From contig NC_079170.1 of NCBI RefSeq assembly GCF_947568905.1, forward strand, positions 1,798,001 to 1,862,000: 64,000 bases of DNA. Direction: 5' to 3'. Shown in pieces: positions 40,591 to 55,347 of this stretch. The notes below the pieces were generated by a model that ran no database searches, was not told the DNA's origin, and worked only from the letters and a program-made list of their open reading frames with translations. This stretch comes from Ostrea edulis (lineage: Eukaryota). Within the stretch, counting starts at the first letter, position 1. The number at the start of each line of letters is the position of its first letter. Made by a program: the position numbers and the translations under genes.

Positions 40591-42362
40591 TGAAGAGAAT
40601 AACTATGATGATTGCATAAGAACTGTCTGTTGGATGGAAAACTGTCTAGATGTGAAATGATTTTGTTTATGTTTAATGTTATTTCTTCTACAGTAAGATA
40701 CAATGATTGCGATATTTGTATACAGAAACAACAAACCTTTTCACGAATTCTTTTATAAAAACTCTATTTATTTCTATAAATCTGCTGTAAAAATCCATAT
40801 ATTTGCCCTATAAACTGCAAAACATTTGCCCAACTACCTATTTTGTATTGCTTATAGGAGTTATGAGATTGATCACTGTTCGTTATTTTCATCTTATTAT
40901 TTTACTAAATTATTAATATGTGCATGTATTCCAAGGGGCATTAGCTGTCATTTTGTCACCAAAACTCATATTCATCGAAAATTGCTCAATATTATATATT
41001 TCAGCAGTAACAGCACGATTTGATTATTTCAAACACTTTTTATCCCCAAAGCAGGAACATGAATTAAGTAATTTTGGTGATTAAATATTTGGTGATGTCT
41101 TGCAAGGCAATTATTCTTCGTTGCACATTTTGTTACTCCAAAAGCGGTTATCAAACGTAGTCTTATGAGAGTTTCTCTTGTTTTTGTACAATATAAAAGT
41201 TTTTATAAGTCATTAAAATACATGTATATTCCTATGCCATTGAGAGATGTTGAGTATAAAAAAAATTACCATCACTTTCACAGTTAATGTTCCTTTAACA
41301 AAATAGAATATTGGTTATTTTACATAATCAGGTGATTTTGAATATATGTCTCATTGTTTTACAATGCAAAAGTTCAAGAAAGCAAAACAAAAATGTAATT
41401 GCTGGCTTCTTTCTTTTACCATACCACCTGAAAAGTATGTTAAAAATAAATTATAATATCATAAATAGTAAATCGCTTGCTCGCCCCGATTGTTTTGGTC
41501 ATTTGTCCGAAGAACAAGAAATTTTATTAGTGTCGCCTTACGAATTTCCATAGACACAAGTGGTAAACTTCTCTCTTATAGTGCAAATGTGAATGGCGTT
41601 GTTGATTTTTATATCGATTGAATGTGCTTGCTAAAATAACTCGACCCTGCCTCAACTAATAGGAGAGGGAGCCGTCACCATGTTTTACATCACCGGGCCT
41701 GCCTGAAATTAACTAGATATGAGCGGTTACAATTTCCAAACACTGGAAATTCAAAATTATTATTTTCTGTAGCACAAAAGTATAGATCTCTTTAATTAGA
41801 TCCACCACTTCCTCTTTTGTGTGACAACAGCATACAAAGACGGTAGTGGATTTTGATATACCCCTATAAAACAGTTCCTATAGAACTCCTTACGAAAAAA
41901 GCGAACATTTTGACTGTTCTAGCGACTGCTAGACCAGGAACTGTTAAAATTGACTGTTCACCGATGACGTCAGATGGCGCTAACTCGAATCATGTTTTTC
42001 TGTCATTTAGATAAATAGAAATGGCAGATGCACATTTTGTTGTAGCGAAAGATGAAATTAAATTAATTCTTCAAAGTAGGGACAGCAAGAACATAGAAAA
42101 ATATGTGTTCATCTTTTTCTAGAATAATTGCATCAAATTATGTTTACTTATTTTCATTTTATGCTTGTTAAAACTTTTATACGCAAGTCACATGAATCTT
42201 GATCTGCTGCTTTACTTACATAATGGCAAGGTTCATTGGTCTAACTGATGATGAAACACAGAACATATTAGATGAAAAGCAGAACAGAAACTCTAAACTA
42301 TAGTTATTAATTAGGATATTAGCAACGTTTCTTTTGACTTTGTGGATCCGGTGTTGAATGTA

Positions 42363-42599
42363 TGCTGTTATAAAATTTAGAAATTCATTTCAAAATTAAG
42401 GATTATCTCCCTCATGCATAGCTCTTATCCTTTGACGCATTTGACTCCACTTTTTTGACACGCTGTTTTTGACTATAATAGCTCAAAATTTCATTGTTAT
42501 TTCGGATTTCAAACATTTCGGTTGAGCATCACTGAAGAGACATTATTTATCGAAATGCGCATCTGGTGCCTCAAAATTGGTACCGGATAAATTTTACAT
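42363..42599 (+). mobile_element. Retrozyme-like repeat R5 (5'-truncated, near-intact HHR)
   Basis: Core CTGAAGA at 42532, one mismatch in stem II, cleavage site 42563; absent from the homologous site at ~19805 (gtatgcacact). Confidence 0.87.
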
Positions 42600-43590
42600 G
42601 CACACTATTCCGTTCAAAGTCAACAAACCATGTCCGCCTAGTGAAACCAACCTAACCATGAAGGTGTATAACAATACAATACAATATACTACATCCATTA
42701 GATTGTTTCCTTTACGGGGTATAACAAATAATTGTGGACTGTTTCTCGGGCAACATATATAGACCTTCGGTCTTGGGCAACTGTTTGCTTACCGGTCCGA
42801 CATACTAACTGTTGCCCCCAACCCCAGTCAACAACTGCATATCGTTAAAAGTCCATAAATACACAGACCTACTAGATTCCAACGCACGGGGAATCTTAAA
42901 GGTAGAATTAGATCGAGGTAATTAATCTAGGCCAAAGAGATATTACTTTTTGGGATAAGAAAATGTGGTCGTTGGGATTGTAGGAGAATTATTTTTGACG
43001 CCAACACCTCTGTAGATGTATATGTATCTCGATTTTCCGCTGTAAGAACAAGCTGCTTGTTGTGCTTGCTATGATTTCATGGACTCTCCAGAGCACAGAA
43101 ACAACTTATCAGTTACAGGCATGTCCGAAGGAAACACATAAGATAGGATTTGGGATTCATGTAGGCAATATTTCTTTTATGATTTCAAAAAACAAAACTC
43201 GGCAGAAGACATCTCTCTATTCCTATGTAACTGACAGGAGCCTTTAGCTAAGTACCTTTAATTTTTTTTTTTAAAAACATTGCCCAAAATGTATGTGAAA
43301 AAAGTACTTTATTAATATGAAGCATCCTAAAACGAAAATACTCGACAATGAAAAATAAAACTGTAATGTACATGCAGATGTAAAATTAGTGAAGTTGAAA
43401 CTCGATACACAGGCTGGAAATTTTTGCATGTATATAATTTTCTGATGAAATACAACATTAACCAAAGTAATAAAAATTCTACATTTGAACATAGTTCTAC
43501 ATTGACTACAAATTCCATTTCTCAGTGAGACCAATAAATTCCTCTTTAACATGTGATTGTTAAATGAATTTCAAATGAGCTTCACATATT

Positions 43591-46243
43591 TCAAACTGAG
43601 GCCAAGGTTGTAGCAAGATCTTCCCAAAAACTATCCATCAGTTCTAAAGTATCTGGCCACCTTATGCTCGATATGCACCACCAGATATATTGCAAGTCTT
43701 TTGGCATTCTTTCTATTGGAATGTTGTCCTTGATAATCACTATGATGGACCGTTTTCGGTGGTTATGAAAGGCATGGGTCACCGCCATCTGGACGGCGTA
43801 CGAATTCCAGCCACTCTTTAGAAAGTTTTCTGTAATGATGAAAACGACTTTTCGACTGTGGTCAATAGATTGTACAAGCTGGTCCACCTTTGACCTTCCG
43901 GGGATGAAGTCTTTATCAGGTAGGCTTATTTCAAAACCTAAATTTGTCAGGGCTTGATAAAGGGTTGACGTCACCAGCATGTAGTCATCTTCAGCGTATG
44001 ATATGAAGGCATCGAACTCAAAGTTTTTGTTCTTGGGCAAATGTATACCTTTCAATCTGTTACGAATACGCAGAATAATGTAGTCCACATGCACGCGGTA
44101 TCTCTTTAGAAGCGCTGATACAATGATTGAGGCATTTATTAAAACTAACACAGAGGAAGAAAAAAGTAACCACATTTGAGATTGGCATTTCTTCTCAAAT
44201 TCTGCAAAAGTTTCTTCATCGAATAGTTTTGAAATTGTGGATGATATTTCCATGCATTCAGTTTTATGCAAATCTCCAAAGAGATGCTGATTTTTTTTCA
44301 TCCATCGAAGTGAGGAGATGTGTAAACAATCACAATTTAAAGGGTTTCCTTTGATAAAGATCTGCGCTTTTTTTAGATTCTGGAGTGTGTGAAAATCAGA
44401 GTGTTTCAATGACGAAATTTTGTTAGATTGAAGATATAAATGCGTTAGGTTGAGTAAAGGTTCCACTGCAGATGGAATAGAAGATAAATAGTTGTTCTCA
44501 AGATAAAGACCGGATAAATGTGTTTGATCTTTCAAAAGAGATGGCGGAAGTTTATGAATGAAAAGCTTTCGCAGGTCTAGCTGACGAAGGTTTTTCAGAC
44601 CTCGGAAGATTTTACTCATGTTTAGTCCAGCATTTAAATTCATGTTCGTGTTTGACGCTCCAAATTGTTCCAGTTTTGTTGTGTGGTGTAATAACTGAAA
44701 CGAAATATCAGTGCAGTTGTTGTCAGAAATATCAAGAATTTCTAATTGGGGGAAATTCATCTGCCTAAGAATTCTAAATGGAAAATTTGTTTGAGACATA
44801 TTCAGCACCTTCAATCCTTCGCCTACAAAGTTTAAATGAATCTTATAAGAATCACTGAGAACGTGAATGTGATTGTGAGAAAATAGCAATGTTTCTAATT
44901 CCTTTGAGAACGTAAATGTAATAGTCGGTGTCCCGTTCAAATGCGTTTGGACTGAACCATCAGCGATATCCGCCTCACACCTTATGTTATTAAAACTAAG
45001 ATCTAAGTATTTTAGTTTAGGGTAATTTTTCATCAAATTGAGCAAAATAGAGAAACCTATAACTTCAATTCTGTTATGGGAGAGATTAAGATGTTCAACA
45101 CAATTTCCCATGGTTGATCCATGTGCTTCTACGGAAATACCTGCAATTCGGTTGCTGCTAAAATCTATTTCCTTGACGCAGACACTCAGCAGATATTCGC
45201 AATTACTTTCATTTAAAATAAAAGGTTGACGGATAATATGCGGAACATTTTCAATAGCATGTATATAGTCTATTTTTCGGTTTCGCAGACACTTTAAGGT
45301 TCTAAGTACTACACTCAAGCCACACTTACCGCCAAAGTTCATTTCAACACCCTTTAGATATGGGAAATAACAAAAGAGATATTCACTGACGTCGCAATGC
45401 ACGTCGTACACAAATATCATCGTCAAGTTATGGATGGGTGAATCTGATAATCCGCTAAATGTGTTGTTGGTTAAGTGGAACATGGACCCGGTGGTATAGA
45501 ACTCCACATCGCTCAATCTTTTTAGACGTTTGAAATCGCTTTTAAAGATAAATCCTTCAAATACATCAATATGAAGCGTTTTCAAAGATAGCAATCTTGT
45601 TATTTCTCGATCAGGATAACCTTTACGTTTGTTGCGGATTTTGTGAAAGACATTACCTTGTGCGTATAAAATTTCCAATTTTCCAAGATTTGAGAATGCA
45701 CATTCTCTGAGGGAAACTGTGTGAAGTTTACAGTATGAAACATCCAGAACACACAGTTTATGCAGCCATTTAAAAGAAAAGCTATCTATAATTTGTAGCT
45801 CATTATATCTGAAGTATAAAGCTGTTACGTTCCTCAAAAGCCCTTTCTTGACACCTGTGAAAGTAGTTTGGGAAATCGATGTAAACTTATTTCTGGAGAG
45901 GTCAATCGAAAACGTTCTGCCTTCAGTTTTTCCTGTGGTGAGACTAGGAATTCGTTTTAAGTTCAATTGACTACAATTCCATAACCATCCGCTATTATTG
46001 CATTCATCTGTATAAAGTTGACGTCTACAGTTTGCTTCTTCATTGCTTTCTAAAACTTAAAAATATTGAAGATGTTTAGAATGAAGTATAAACACCATAC
46101 AAACAGGTCTATAAAACAAATATTAATATTTAATTATCTCGAAGAACATGGATATTCTGAAATACATCTATTAAAATCTTGAAACACTTACTTGAAATTA
46201 GAAAAAGAATTATCAGGCAGCAACTAAATTGTACTTTTATCAT
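43591..46243 (-). CDS. TLR: Toll-like receptor A3, intact, ~838 aa, two exons (46243-46192, 46055-43591)
   Basis: Same architecture as A2; exon 1 MIKVQFSCCLIILFLIS with GTAAGT donor, AG acceptor at 46056-46057; complete LRR-LRRCT-TM-TIR without stops. Confidence 0.95.
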
Positions 46244-47641
46244 GATTCCAAATACAATCTGAGCATCCTTTCCTAACTGTCACCAGATCTATTTTGTGTT
46301 GAACAAGACAATGGAGGAAGGTATTTAGACAGTTTGGATGACAGGGAAATTAGATTAAGATATTGCAGTGAATCGTGTTATGATAAGATATCTCGATATG
46401 GAACCGTGAAGATAACGAATAGTCATTAATCTCTTATACGAAACACTCAAAAATAAAATAAAAAGTTTGGCAAACACAGAACCCTGGATATACCAGAGGT
46501 AGGATAAGGTGTCTAGGAGGAGTAAGCATCCCCAACGTTAGCCAAATGTCTTGATCAGATAAACGGAGTAATCCATATTCAAGAACGGTCTAACAATCGG
46601 TTTGAAACTCGTCGGACAGCATTTGACCCAATGAAAGGTGAAGATAATGAACACATAACATAAGTAAGGATCCCCTGTCGACCGGTCACAATTGATGTGA
46701 GCCCTATATCCTGATCAGGTAAACGGAGTTATCTGTAGTCAAAATCAGTGTGCCAACGATGGCCTAAGAATTGGTATGAAACATGTCAGACAGCATTCAA
46801 CGCAATGATAGGTTGTATTGACGAACTAAATCGTTATAACGACCACAGAGTGTGGGAAATGCTGATTTCAATCGAGACTTCTGAAACCCCTGTACCAGTA
46901 ACTGATAGGTTGTACTGACAAACTCGATCGTTCGAAGTACCATACAATTTCCCCATTTACATAAACTTTTTTGTTAGTAGCCTGCCTCGATTAAAAAAAA
47001 AAACTTGGGATACACAGAACAATCGAGTAAGTTGAAAGACATAAACATCATATTCACTGTACATACGATAATGGAATATATGTCGAAATAAAATTACTAA
47101 TATTATACACAAGATGAACGAAAACTGATTAATTCCATCAACTCAATTTCAGTGATTCAGATATCTGAGGTGATATGTCAAACAAATTTTATGCATTGAA
47201 ATTCCTATAAAACGTAAAAACGATTTACGGAATATCGGAACTATGAAATTTTGGAACTCTTAAGGTTTATGTACATACTTGATATATCTTAACAAACAGG
47301 TTCTATAATATACAAGTAATCGCGGGCCTTTCCATAATAGATAAAGTACCTTGTACTTACGAAAATTATACATTAATAGGGCAACTTTTGTACACAATTA
47401 TTAATGGTGGCTACATGTAATTATGATTCATTATGAAAAGAATCTTATTGCTTTAATATTTTTTATTGTTGCAATCAAATATTAGAGCACTAAAACCACG
47501 TTATATCGGAGGGAAGTTTCAAAGTATCACTGTACCCGGTAATTGAATTTTGTCTACCGTATCTGGATTTTATTCACTTTGTTTGATTTCCTCGAGTCAT
47601 AAAACCGACCGAGCTATGCAATATTATAAAACTCATATGAC

Positions 47642-47667
47642 ATATATATATATATATATATATATAT
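47642..47667. repeat. (AT)n microsatellite, expanded in unit III
   Basis: atatatat... replaces short atcatatcatat of units I/II. Confidence 0.85.
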
Positions 47668-50084
47668 GAGTATCAATCTATTATCCCCGTAGCAACATAT
47701 GATGGAATCGGGGGCTGCCCACCCCACGTTTTTGGGAGTTGAGCTCAATTTTCTAATTATTGGACAGTGCGTTTATTATCATAGTTAGAGGGAGTTTTGA
47801 ACGAGCCGCAGCACATCTTTACCTTTTTTCCATACATAACTGGGCATGATAGAAAACCCCCACTCAGAGATTCAATTCTACACGAGTATTCAAAACTTAA
47901 TTTCAACAAAGAAATATTTGTTTACTTAAGTTTAATCAGCATCACATATGATACAGAAACCGGGATATTTTTTTCCAGTTTAGTGTGTATGTATAAATAC
48001 GATGATATTCATCTTCCATATTCACTGACATGAAACTTCAAACTTGCCGGCTAAACACTATCTCGACGAGTTTTGTCCGAATCTTTGTATGTATTAGATA
48101 AAGAATATATAGATTTATTGAATCAATGTTAACTGCCCAAAATTTCTTGAAAAAAAAATATTAAAGAAAATACAGGAAGATTTTTGATATATAATTATTT
48201 TTTCTTTAAATGTTTGAACAGTTTGACTCCTAGACATATTCTGTTCTTTGATATGTATTTCTGTGTGCAAAGATCAATTAATTGTGATTTTTATAGCAAT
48301 AGTAATATAATTTTACTTGCAAAACGTAATTTGATTGGCTGAGCACACTGATCAAAAATAGCTGATATTGTACAATGTCACTTGGTATGCAGACATCCCC
48401 ATTGACAACACAAGACGGCACTTCTTTTTTCTTTTTTTTTTTACTTTGCAACTCTGTTAGAATCAACGGAATTAAACTGGCACGATAATTTATTTTTTGT
48501 TAGGCAATGTTTTTTCATGATTTCAAACAAAAGGAATATCTTCTTACAAGACACTAACTGTAAAAATTCAATACATACTCCTATACAACGATATCATATG
48601 CAAAATAATGGTATATCAAGTACATTCAAATTTTGCTGTTTCATTATAATATATATTATCACTTCGGGAGGGGGTGATTGATCCGCCTATCAAACAATAA
48701 AATACTTCATGTCTTGCAAAATGTGTGTCACATCGAATGACATGCATGTACATCACTATCTGTGAATTGCTAACATATCTTCCTGTGTTGGGTTTAAATG
48801 GAGACAATATTATATTTCATGGTAAGATATGGAAACTTTTATTGAATCAAAAATCGCAAATCATATTGCCATTTCTGGTAGGCCTACACAACGTAATTTT
48901 GTGTGATGGTACTTTCTGTCAAAGCGTCTTCAAAGTCAATATTGCGCTGGGAACTAATCATTAGGCCTACAGATATAGCGAAAACATATCTTATATTATC
49001 AAGTTTCGTCACAAACTCCACCTCACATTTTCAAATTTGATAAATAAGTAGATACTCCAGTTGTGCGAAAAACACGGCTTCCTTCGTGGTCGTCACTTCG
49101 TCCGTATGTTGCTAAGAGAATCCTTGTGTGGTGCAAGAAATTTATATTTATCAGTGTTTGTTAAACGTTTTTTTATACGCTAAAGACTTGCACAATGTAG
49201 CTTTGTCTTTTAATTTGCATTAAATGACAAGGAATGAAGCTAATTTTGACCTACATGTATGTTATATGATGTGATATAACTTGGTGAGGGTTACGCCCCT
49301 TACATGTACGCGTAACCCCCTCCACGGATTATAAAGCGTAAACTGCACCGAACTAAAACATATCGAATAGCATAGGTCAAACTTAATTTCAAATGAATGG
49401 TAGTGGGAATGTGAGGTTGAACAGATGAGGATAAGAACTTGGCACCCACTAATGTGTTTAAAGTTTGAGCAGAGGTACTTTTATTTTTTGCTGATTCAGA
49501 TTTTTCAGACAAATTAGAGTCACAGAAACGTTATGTAATTTTGCGCTTTATAAATGAATGAAATAATAATGATAATAATAATAAGAAGAAGAATAATTAT
49601 CTCCGTATGCACCTGATAGAAACTCCCCCTTACATAAAAGACTCATACTTTAAGTGTAATGATGCAATCGTTGTTTGAAGAGAGACTTATAACAGCGGGA
49701 AAGTTGTGCCATGGACAAATACTTAAAGGGTATATCCAGACAATTTCAGAAAATGGATTACAACCTAGGTTTGTACATTTTCTCCCCAAATGCCAAAAAA
49801 TGGCCATTTGAGTAGGATATGTTAAATCAAGGTGGGGGATCCAAGCTACTTTACTTCCCTCTAAATCTGCCATTTCTCTTAGTAAAACCGGAAACATTTA
49901 TTTTCCAATTCGTACGACAGACGTGAATAGAAATAATTGTTTTTGTAGTAACTTCCGCAGCTAGCAAATCACCTATGTTAGCAAATATTTAATGAAGAAA
50001 GAAGTGTTGTGTAAACAATGAAAAAATGAAGGAAATAAGTGCCGGAAATGAATTATGTAATATCAAGGACATGTTATTTAAAAA

Positions 50085-51121
50085 AAAGAAATCAAATCTA
50101 GATAATGTATGCTTCAGTTTCTTAAAAGTTTTGAAACAATATTCCATATGATTTAGCTAGACGTCCATGCACGATGATATCAGATACAGAAAGTCTGAAC
50201 ATTCGTCTCGTCTCGAGGGGAAAAAAATAGTCTTACAAAGACGTTAAACTAGGACTTAATTGAAAACGGAATAAACAAAGCAAAATCACATGAAAGGAAA
50301 TCCCTCCTTACAGTGAAAAATGCATGTAAATCTATGAATTGTCTCATACCATATGTTTCAACACATAACCCTAAAATTCCGAAAGTTTTTAAAACTTATC
50401 AAAAATAACTTTTCTATCGTAGAAGCCAAAAAGGACATGAACAAAATGTTTGTAAAAATTCCAAAATAATCAAATGTAAACGACAAAATCCTTCATTAAA
50501 ATCCATTCTAACCAGATACTGTTTTATCAGTAATATTAAAGAAATCCTATCATCATTAAATGCAACAACACAAGACGCGCTACCTGCCCGTACATAACAC
50601 AAGGGTCCGAATTATTCTGGTAAAACGAAAGTAATTTTACGGTAAAAACGAAAAGGCATGCGTTAGCTCCAACCTTACGGTATTGCGTGCGCCAGACAGA
50701 AGACATTGCGAGACACCGCATGATCGTTCACCATCAGATCCCAAAAGCTAAATCACATGGCCTCTCACATTTGGTCGGCGCAGATTCGAATCCCGCTCCC
50801 ATCGGTAAGTGACAAAGTTTCCAGTTTACTTTCGGAAGGTCGATGGTCTCTTCCCAGGTACATTGTATCTGGGTTCTCTCTTTCACCAATAAAAACTGGA
50901 CGCCACCAGATAACTGAAAAAAATTGTTGAGTGTGGCAGAAAACATCAATCAATTAATCAATACCAGTGCACCCATTTATTAAGCATTAGAACTGTTGAA
51001 AAAACATAAATCCTCATGTCATCGTTTTTCCCATATATGAATTTAACAATGGCCAACAGAAAAAGAAACCAAAGACAAAATACTCATTCAAAAATATAAA
51101 CCTTACTTGAATGCTACATAA
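50085..51121 (+). mobile_element. Unit III copy of the GIY-YIG PLE remnant
   Basis: Collinear but more diverged; lacks the retrozyme and ~25 bp around ENYIG, and carries a SINE. Confidence 0.65.
50754..50962 (+). mobile_element. 5'-truncated tRNA-derived SINE (V-SINE-like) with CAAT-type tail, unit III only
   Basis: Box B-like GATTCGAATCC, ..caccaataaaaactgg..ataactgaaa..ttgttga..aaacatcaatcaat; empty site ctaaat|accagtgc in units I and II. Confidence 0.6.
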
Positions 51122-51867
51122 TTTAGTTTTACAAAGTAACAACATTTTTATTTCTCCCCTGCAATTGTGAAAAAATAAGATTTCCCCGTATTATTTTGCC
51201 AATGTTATATCATGATATAATAATAAACTTTACTTTGAAATCACTCATCATCAGAAACCATGGCTTTTTTCTCCGTTACACTACGCGTTGAATGCAGTGT
51301 AACAAAGAAAAATCGGTGGGTTCCAATGACGGCAAACACTGTGTAAATGTGTTACTAAGCAATATTCATTACACTAGACCGCTTGACCATTTAGGCAAGC
51401 GAAAAACTCGCTTTCAAAGTACTACATGTACTTGCCACGCTGTCACCGGATCCAGAGTCATTGCAATTGGAAATGGCATAAAGATATTTAAGAGGATTAT
51501 ACAAGATACGCACTGCATTTGAAATGTTTTATACAAAACACAAAACATATAAAACACAAAATTACTATTTTTTCGATTAGTATAACTAGCCTAAGTAACA
51601 AATAAATCTCTAATCACCCCAAATCTGCCAAAAAAAAGTCACTCTTTTTGGGATTTTATTTCCTTGCGCATTGAATATACTCCGCAGATAAAAAAAAGTT
51701 CGACATAAGGAAATAAAGAACAACTTAGAATAGTCTTTGAATAATAATGTTAAAGATAATGAACAGTGATCAATCTCATGAAAGGTGAAGATAACGAACA
51801 GTGATTAATCTCATAACTCCTATAAGCAATACAAAATATATAGTTGGGAAAACACGGACCCCTGGAC

Positions 51868-52950
51868 CAGTGCTCCCACTGGACCAAAATTCCCTTTCGC
51901 CACTTTTTCGGGGTGCGGCGCGGCGCAAATAATCTCATGCTTTACAATTATTTCCATCATATTATTTTATTCATTACACTGATTTTAGCATTTTGAATCA
52001 GTTACATTACTTAATCATATCCAGCTATCATACCTAAACACTTCTTTCTGAATTGTTAAGAAGTTGATTTGTTTTTTGATAAATTCTATTATGAAAATAA
52101 AAAAATCAGATAATAAATCATATAAATAAAAACTTCATGATACTACGCCCCTCAGTGAAAACATTGTGTACATTTCCCGAAATGCAGATGTCACAAAACA
52201 TTAAGCCCAATTTAGAGTCGTATCTCAACCATTCCCTATCAAATTTCCGTTTTGGTATGGAAGATTTTGCAATTTGGACAGAATAAGATGTTTGAGCAGG
52301 TGGGGTTGACTGTAACGCCAAACATAGATATTTTTTTGAATTCTAGACTGACTATGGTCAGAAGCTACGAGTTTAGTGGCAAAATAGAATGGGGTGCATA
52401 GTCTTATGAGATTAACATTTTTATACTGTTGTGCACCGAACTTCAAAGAATTTTTTTTATTAAAATTGCTATGTCCATATCAATGGTGACCGACCGCATT
52501 GTTTATGAAATATTCGAACTAAAATCAAACACATCAAAATCAAAATCTTGTAATCAACGAGCTTGGCCGCAAAAACAAACAATTGATGTATATACATTAT
52601 ACACAATAAGACGGCCAACTTAATTACCGGTCGGTTCTGTGGTAATGTGAAGATGATAACACGCTAATGAATAAGACTTTAAATGTTAAATAATTGACCA
52701 CAGCAGGGTACACAGCTGTCCGATGTACTTTATTACATAATCATCGACTTTTTTGCAACCATACCTTACCTAAGGCTATTGACCAGCTCTGTGTGCACTG
52801 GGGCTACGCGGGATTTCCGGTCGCACGCGCTGACTGAATAAACAGATTTTGACTGCATAAACAAACAGGCGATAAAATGTCACTGACAAAGGAAAACACA
52901 AGACATATTTTAAAATACAATTTACTGCAAACAGGGATTTTCGCCACTTT
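51868..52950 (-). mobile_element. DNA transposon remnant (hAT-like, TTF-type zinc finger) inserted in a Naiad terminus
   Basis: Starts CAGTGCTCCC; ORF 52118-52321 has KRKFDREWLRYDSKLGLMFCDIC..VFTEG; the Naiad terminus is split at 51867/52951. Second TIR not found. Confidence 0.45.
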
Positions 52951-53049
52951 GACACACCAGAAGTGGTATAAGGTGCCTAGGAGGAGTAGGGATCCCCTAT
53001 ACAGTTATATATAAAGTTATAAAGTTATATAGTTCCTACAAACTTATAA

Positions 53050-53865
53050 AGAATGCAAAATTAAGAGTAGGACAAACATGAACCCCTATAGACAAACCAG
53101 AGGTGGGTTCAAGTGCCTAGAAAGAGTAAGCATCCCCTGTTAAGAAGTCATACCGCCGTGAGCCCTATATCTTAATCAGATATATAGAATAAACCATTTT
53201 CAAAATCAGTGTTTAAAGAATGGTTCCAGTAGCTATGAAACATGTCAGACAGCATTTTATCCAATGACATGTTGTTTTGGTAAATTAGGTTGTTATAATA
53301 GGTATAGAATTTGCGAAATACTGACTTTAAACGAGAAGGTTGAAATCCCTGTAACCTCAGCTTATTTTTTGGTAGTGTGCCTTGAAACTTATCGTTCGAA
53401 GAATAAGCTCTAGCGTATCGAATCAGTGGAGAAACATAAACACCATATGCAGGTAATTATGGAATATTGTTACATATGGAAACGTCATCGTTTTTAGGGG
53501 AAAATGAACTTATCCAATACTATGCCAGATCATAAAGGGAAATGTAGACTATTTAGACAAAAGTTAAGTCATATTTCATCAGATATTTAGCAGATCAACG
53601 AGTTAAGATACCTACATCCTAAAATGTCCCTCATGTGCCTGATGATCCTAAGATGTCCATTATGTGCCTGATGATGTCTCAGATGAAGTTTCTGATGTTA
53701 GTGGATAAAAGGTGAAGATAACGTGCAGCTATAGATATCATGATTCCAATAAAGAATTCAAAATTTTGGACAAACTGGAGAATGAGGAGTAAACGTTCCC
53801 TGTCAACCGGTCACATCCGCCGTGAAGCCTATATCCCGATAAGGTAAACGGAGCAATCCGGTTAA
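53050..53865 (-). mobile_element. Cluster of Naiad-like 3' fragments in unit III (also 51751-51867, 52951-52995, 58611-58672)
   Basis: Repeated terminal motif and RT C-terminal remnants. Confidence 0.6.
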
Positions 53866-55271
53866 CTCTTGGAATGTTAGCAGCCTAACTGCCTTATTTA
53901 TAAAAATGTACATAAATACATGTTCGATCCCTGACTCCACTCTGTAGTGTAATACAAAGCAGCACACTACATCATTTTCATAAATAAACAAGTCCTTGCG
54001 CACTTTTGTTTGTCTGCGCTTTTGCAAGTGTATCTGTTGATGTCAAAGTATCAAATGGAAGCAACGTGCGTGTAAATCTAATGTTAACAGCGAAAGGAAA
54101 ATGTTAATGCCAATTTAGAATAGCGCATTGTTAGAAAACTACTAATTATGCCAATCATCACATTTTCATTAAAAATGTGAGGTGTCTATATCAGAAAACC
54201 CAAACTCTTTAGATAATGTTCAACTTAACCTTTATTTACAACAGCAGATTCATTATGTTAGGTATAGCTGATTACATCGATATACAATGGCAGATCGATT
54301 TGTTATTCAAAGTATACTTAAAGTCATGTGGTCCACCGTTTGACAAATTCTGTAAACCTTGTAAAAATACCCTTTGATTATCACGCGCACGTGTCTATTA
54401 AGCTGTGCGAGATTTTGTTTTACATTATTTCGCGTGTTTTAGTTCGAATAATTTAGTTTGAAATGAATGTTTACAAACAGGTGTCACTCGGCATTTCTAA
54501 CGCATAATCAGACAATAAATCAAGTGGAAGTCAGATCCCCAGTTCAGACCTCCAGAGGAAAGATCATCGGCAGGTTTACTCGGTGTAAAGCCATGTATTG
54601 GGTTACTACAGCACCGTGTCATGTGTTTCATGTTTTTGTTTAAGAGAAACAAAAACATTAAATACTTCTTAGTAGTAATCCTGTATATCTTTGTTTATCT
54701 TTTAATTTAGACAGTAGCTTTTAATCTATGCATGCATGCGGAACTATTTCTTAATGCATAAAAATACGGCTGCAAATCTGCGAGAAGTGACAAACTTATA
54801 GCAGAACAGGTCAAACGTATGAAAAACGAAGGAATATTAACTTGATATGATACATCTACATAACCAGACTTGATGCTTCACTACTTGAATCGAATTTAAT
54901 ACACATGCGCAGGAATCCCCACCACGAGAGGCAAGCGTACGTATATATTCTTACTAATTACTTTTTAAATGTTCTAACTCTTTATTTAAATGCACATCGT
55001 TTCAAGCATTTCATTTAGGGAAAGTTAATAATTTTCAAACTAATGAAGCTGGATTAAAGAAATTATGTACACTTTGTACCCCCCCCCCCCTTAGATAAAC
55101 ACAAGACCTCACATCTTTAAATGACTGCAAGAAATTGAAGTCCAAGAAACATAATAAATCATTCTGCAATTGCATTGTAATACAAATAGTCAAATGAATT
55201 ATACAAATTTTACTGTGACAACAAGAAAAAAACCCCGATACAATTGTATTGCATTGTGAACAAAACTAAAT

Positions 55272-55275
<4 letters not shown>

Positions 55276-55347
<72 letters not shown>
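55276..55347. repeat. (AT)n microsatellite at the B3 stop codon
   Basis: ~35 AT units with one C interruption. Confidence 0.95.

Noticed and set aside
1-43590. Units I and II as two haplotypes falsely assembled in tandem
   Set aside because: Judged unlikely because the B-to-A spacers and A genes differ far more than the central tract and three distinct units exist; not excluded without read depth and spanning reads.
14141-45229. Plus-strand ORFs overlapping the TLRs (e.g. 14627-14950, 20814-21164, 36150-36473)
   Set aside because: Antisense shadows of the TLR frames, with no recognisable motifs.
53605-53700. CTGATGA motifs in a 29-bp duplication as C/D snoRNA or hammerhead
   Set aside because: No terminal stem or GAAA partner in the right position; explained by a local duplication.
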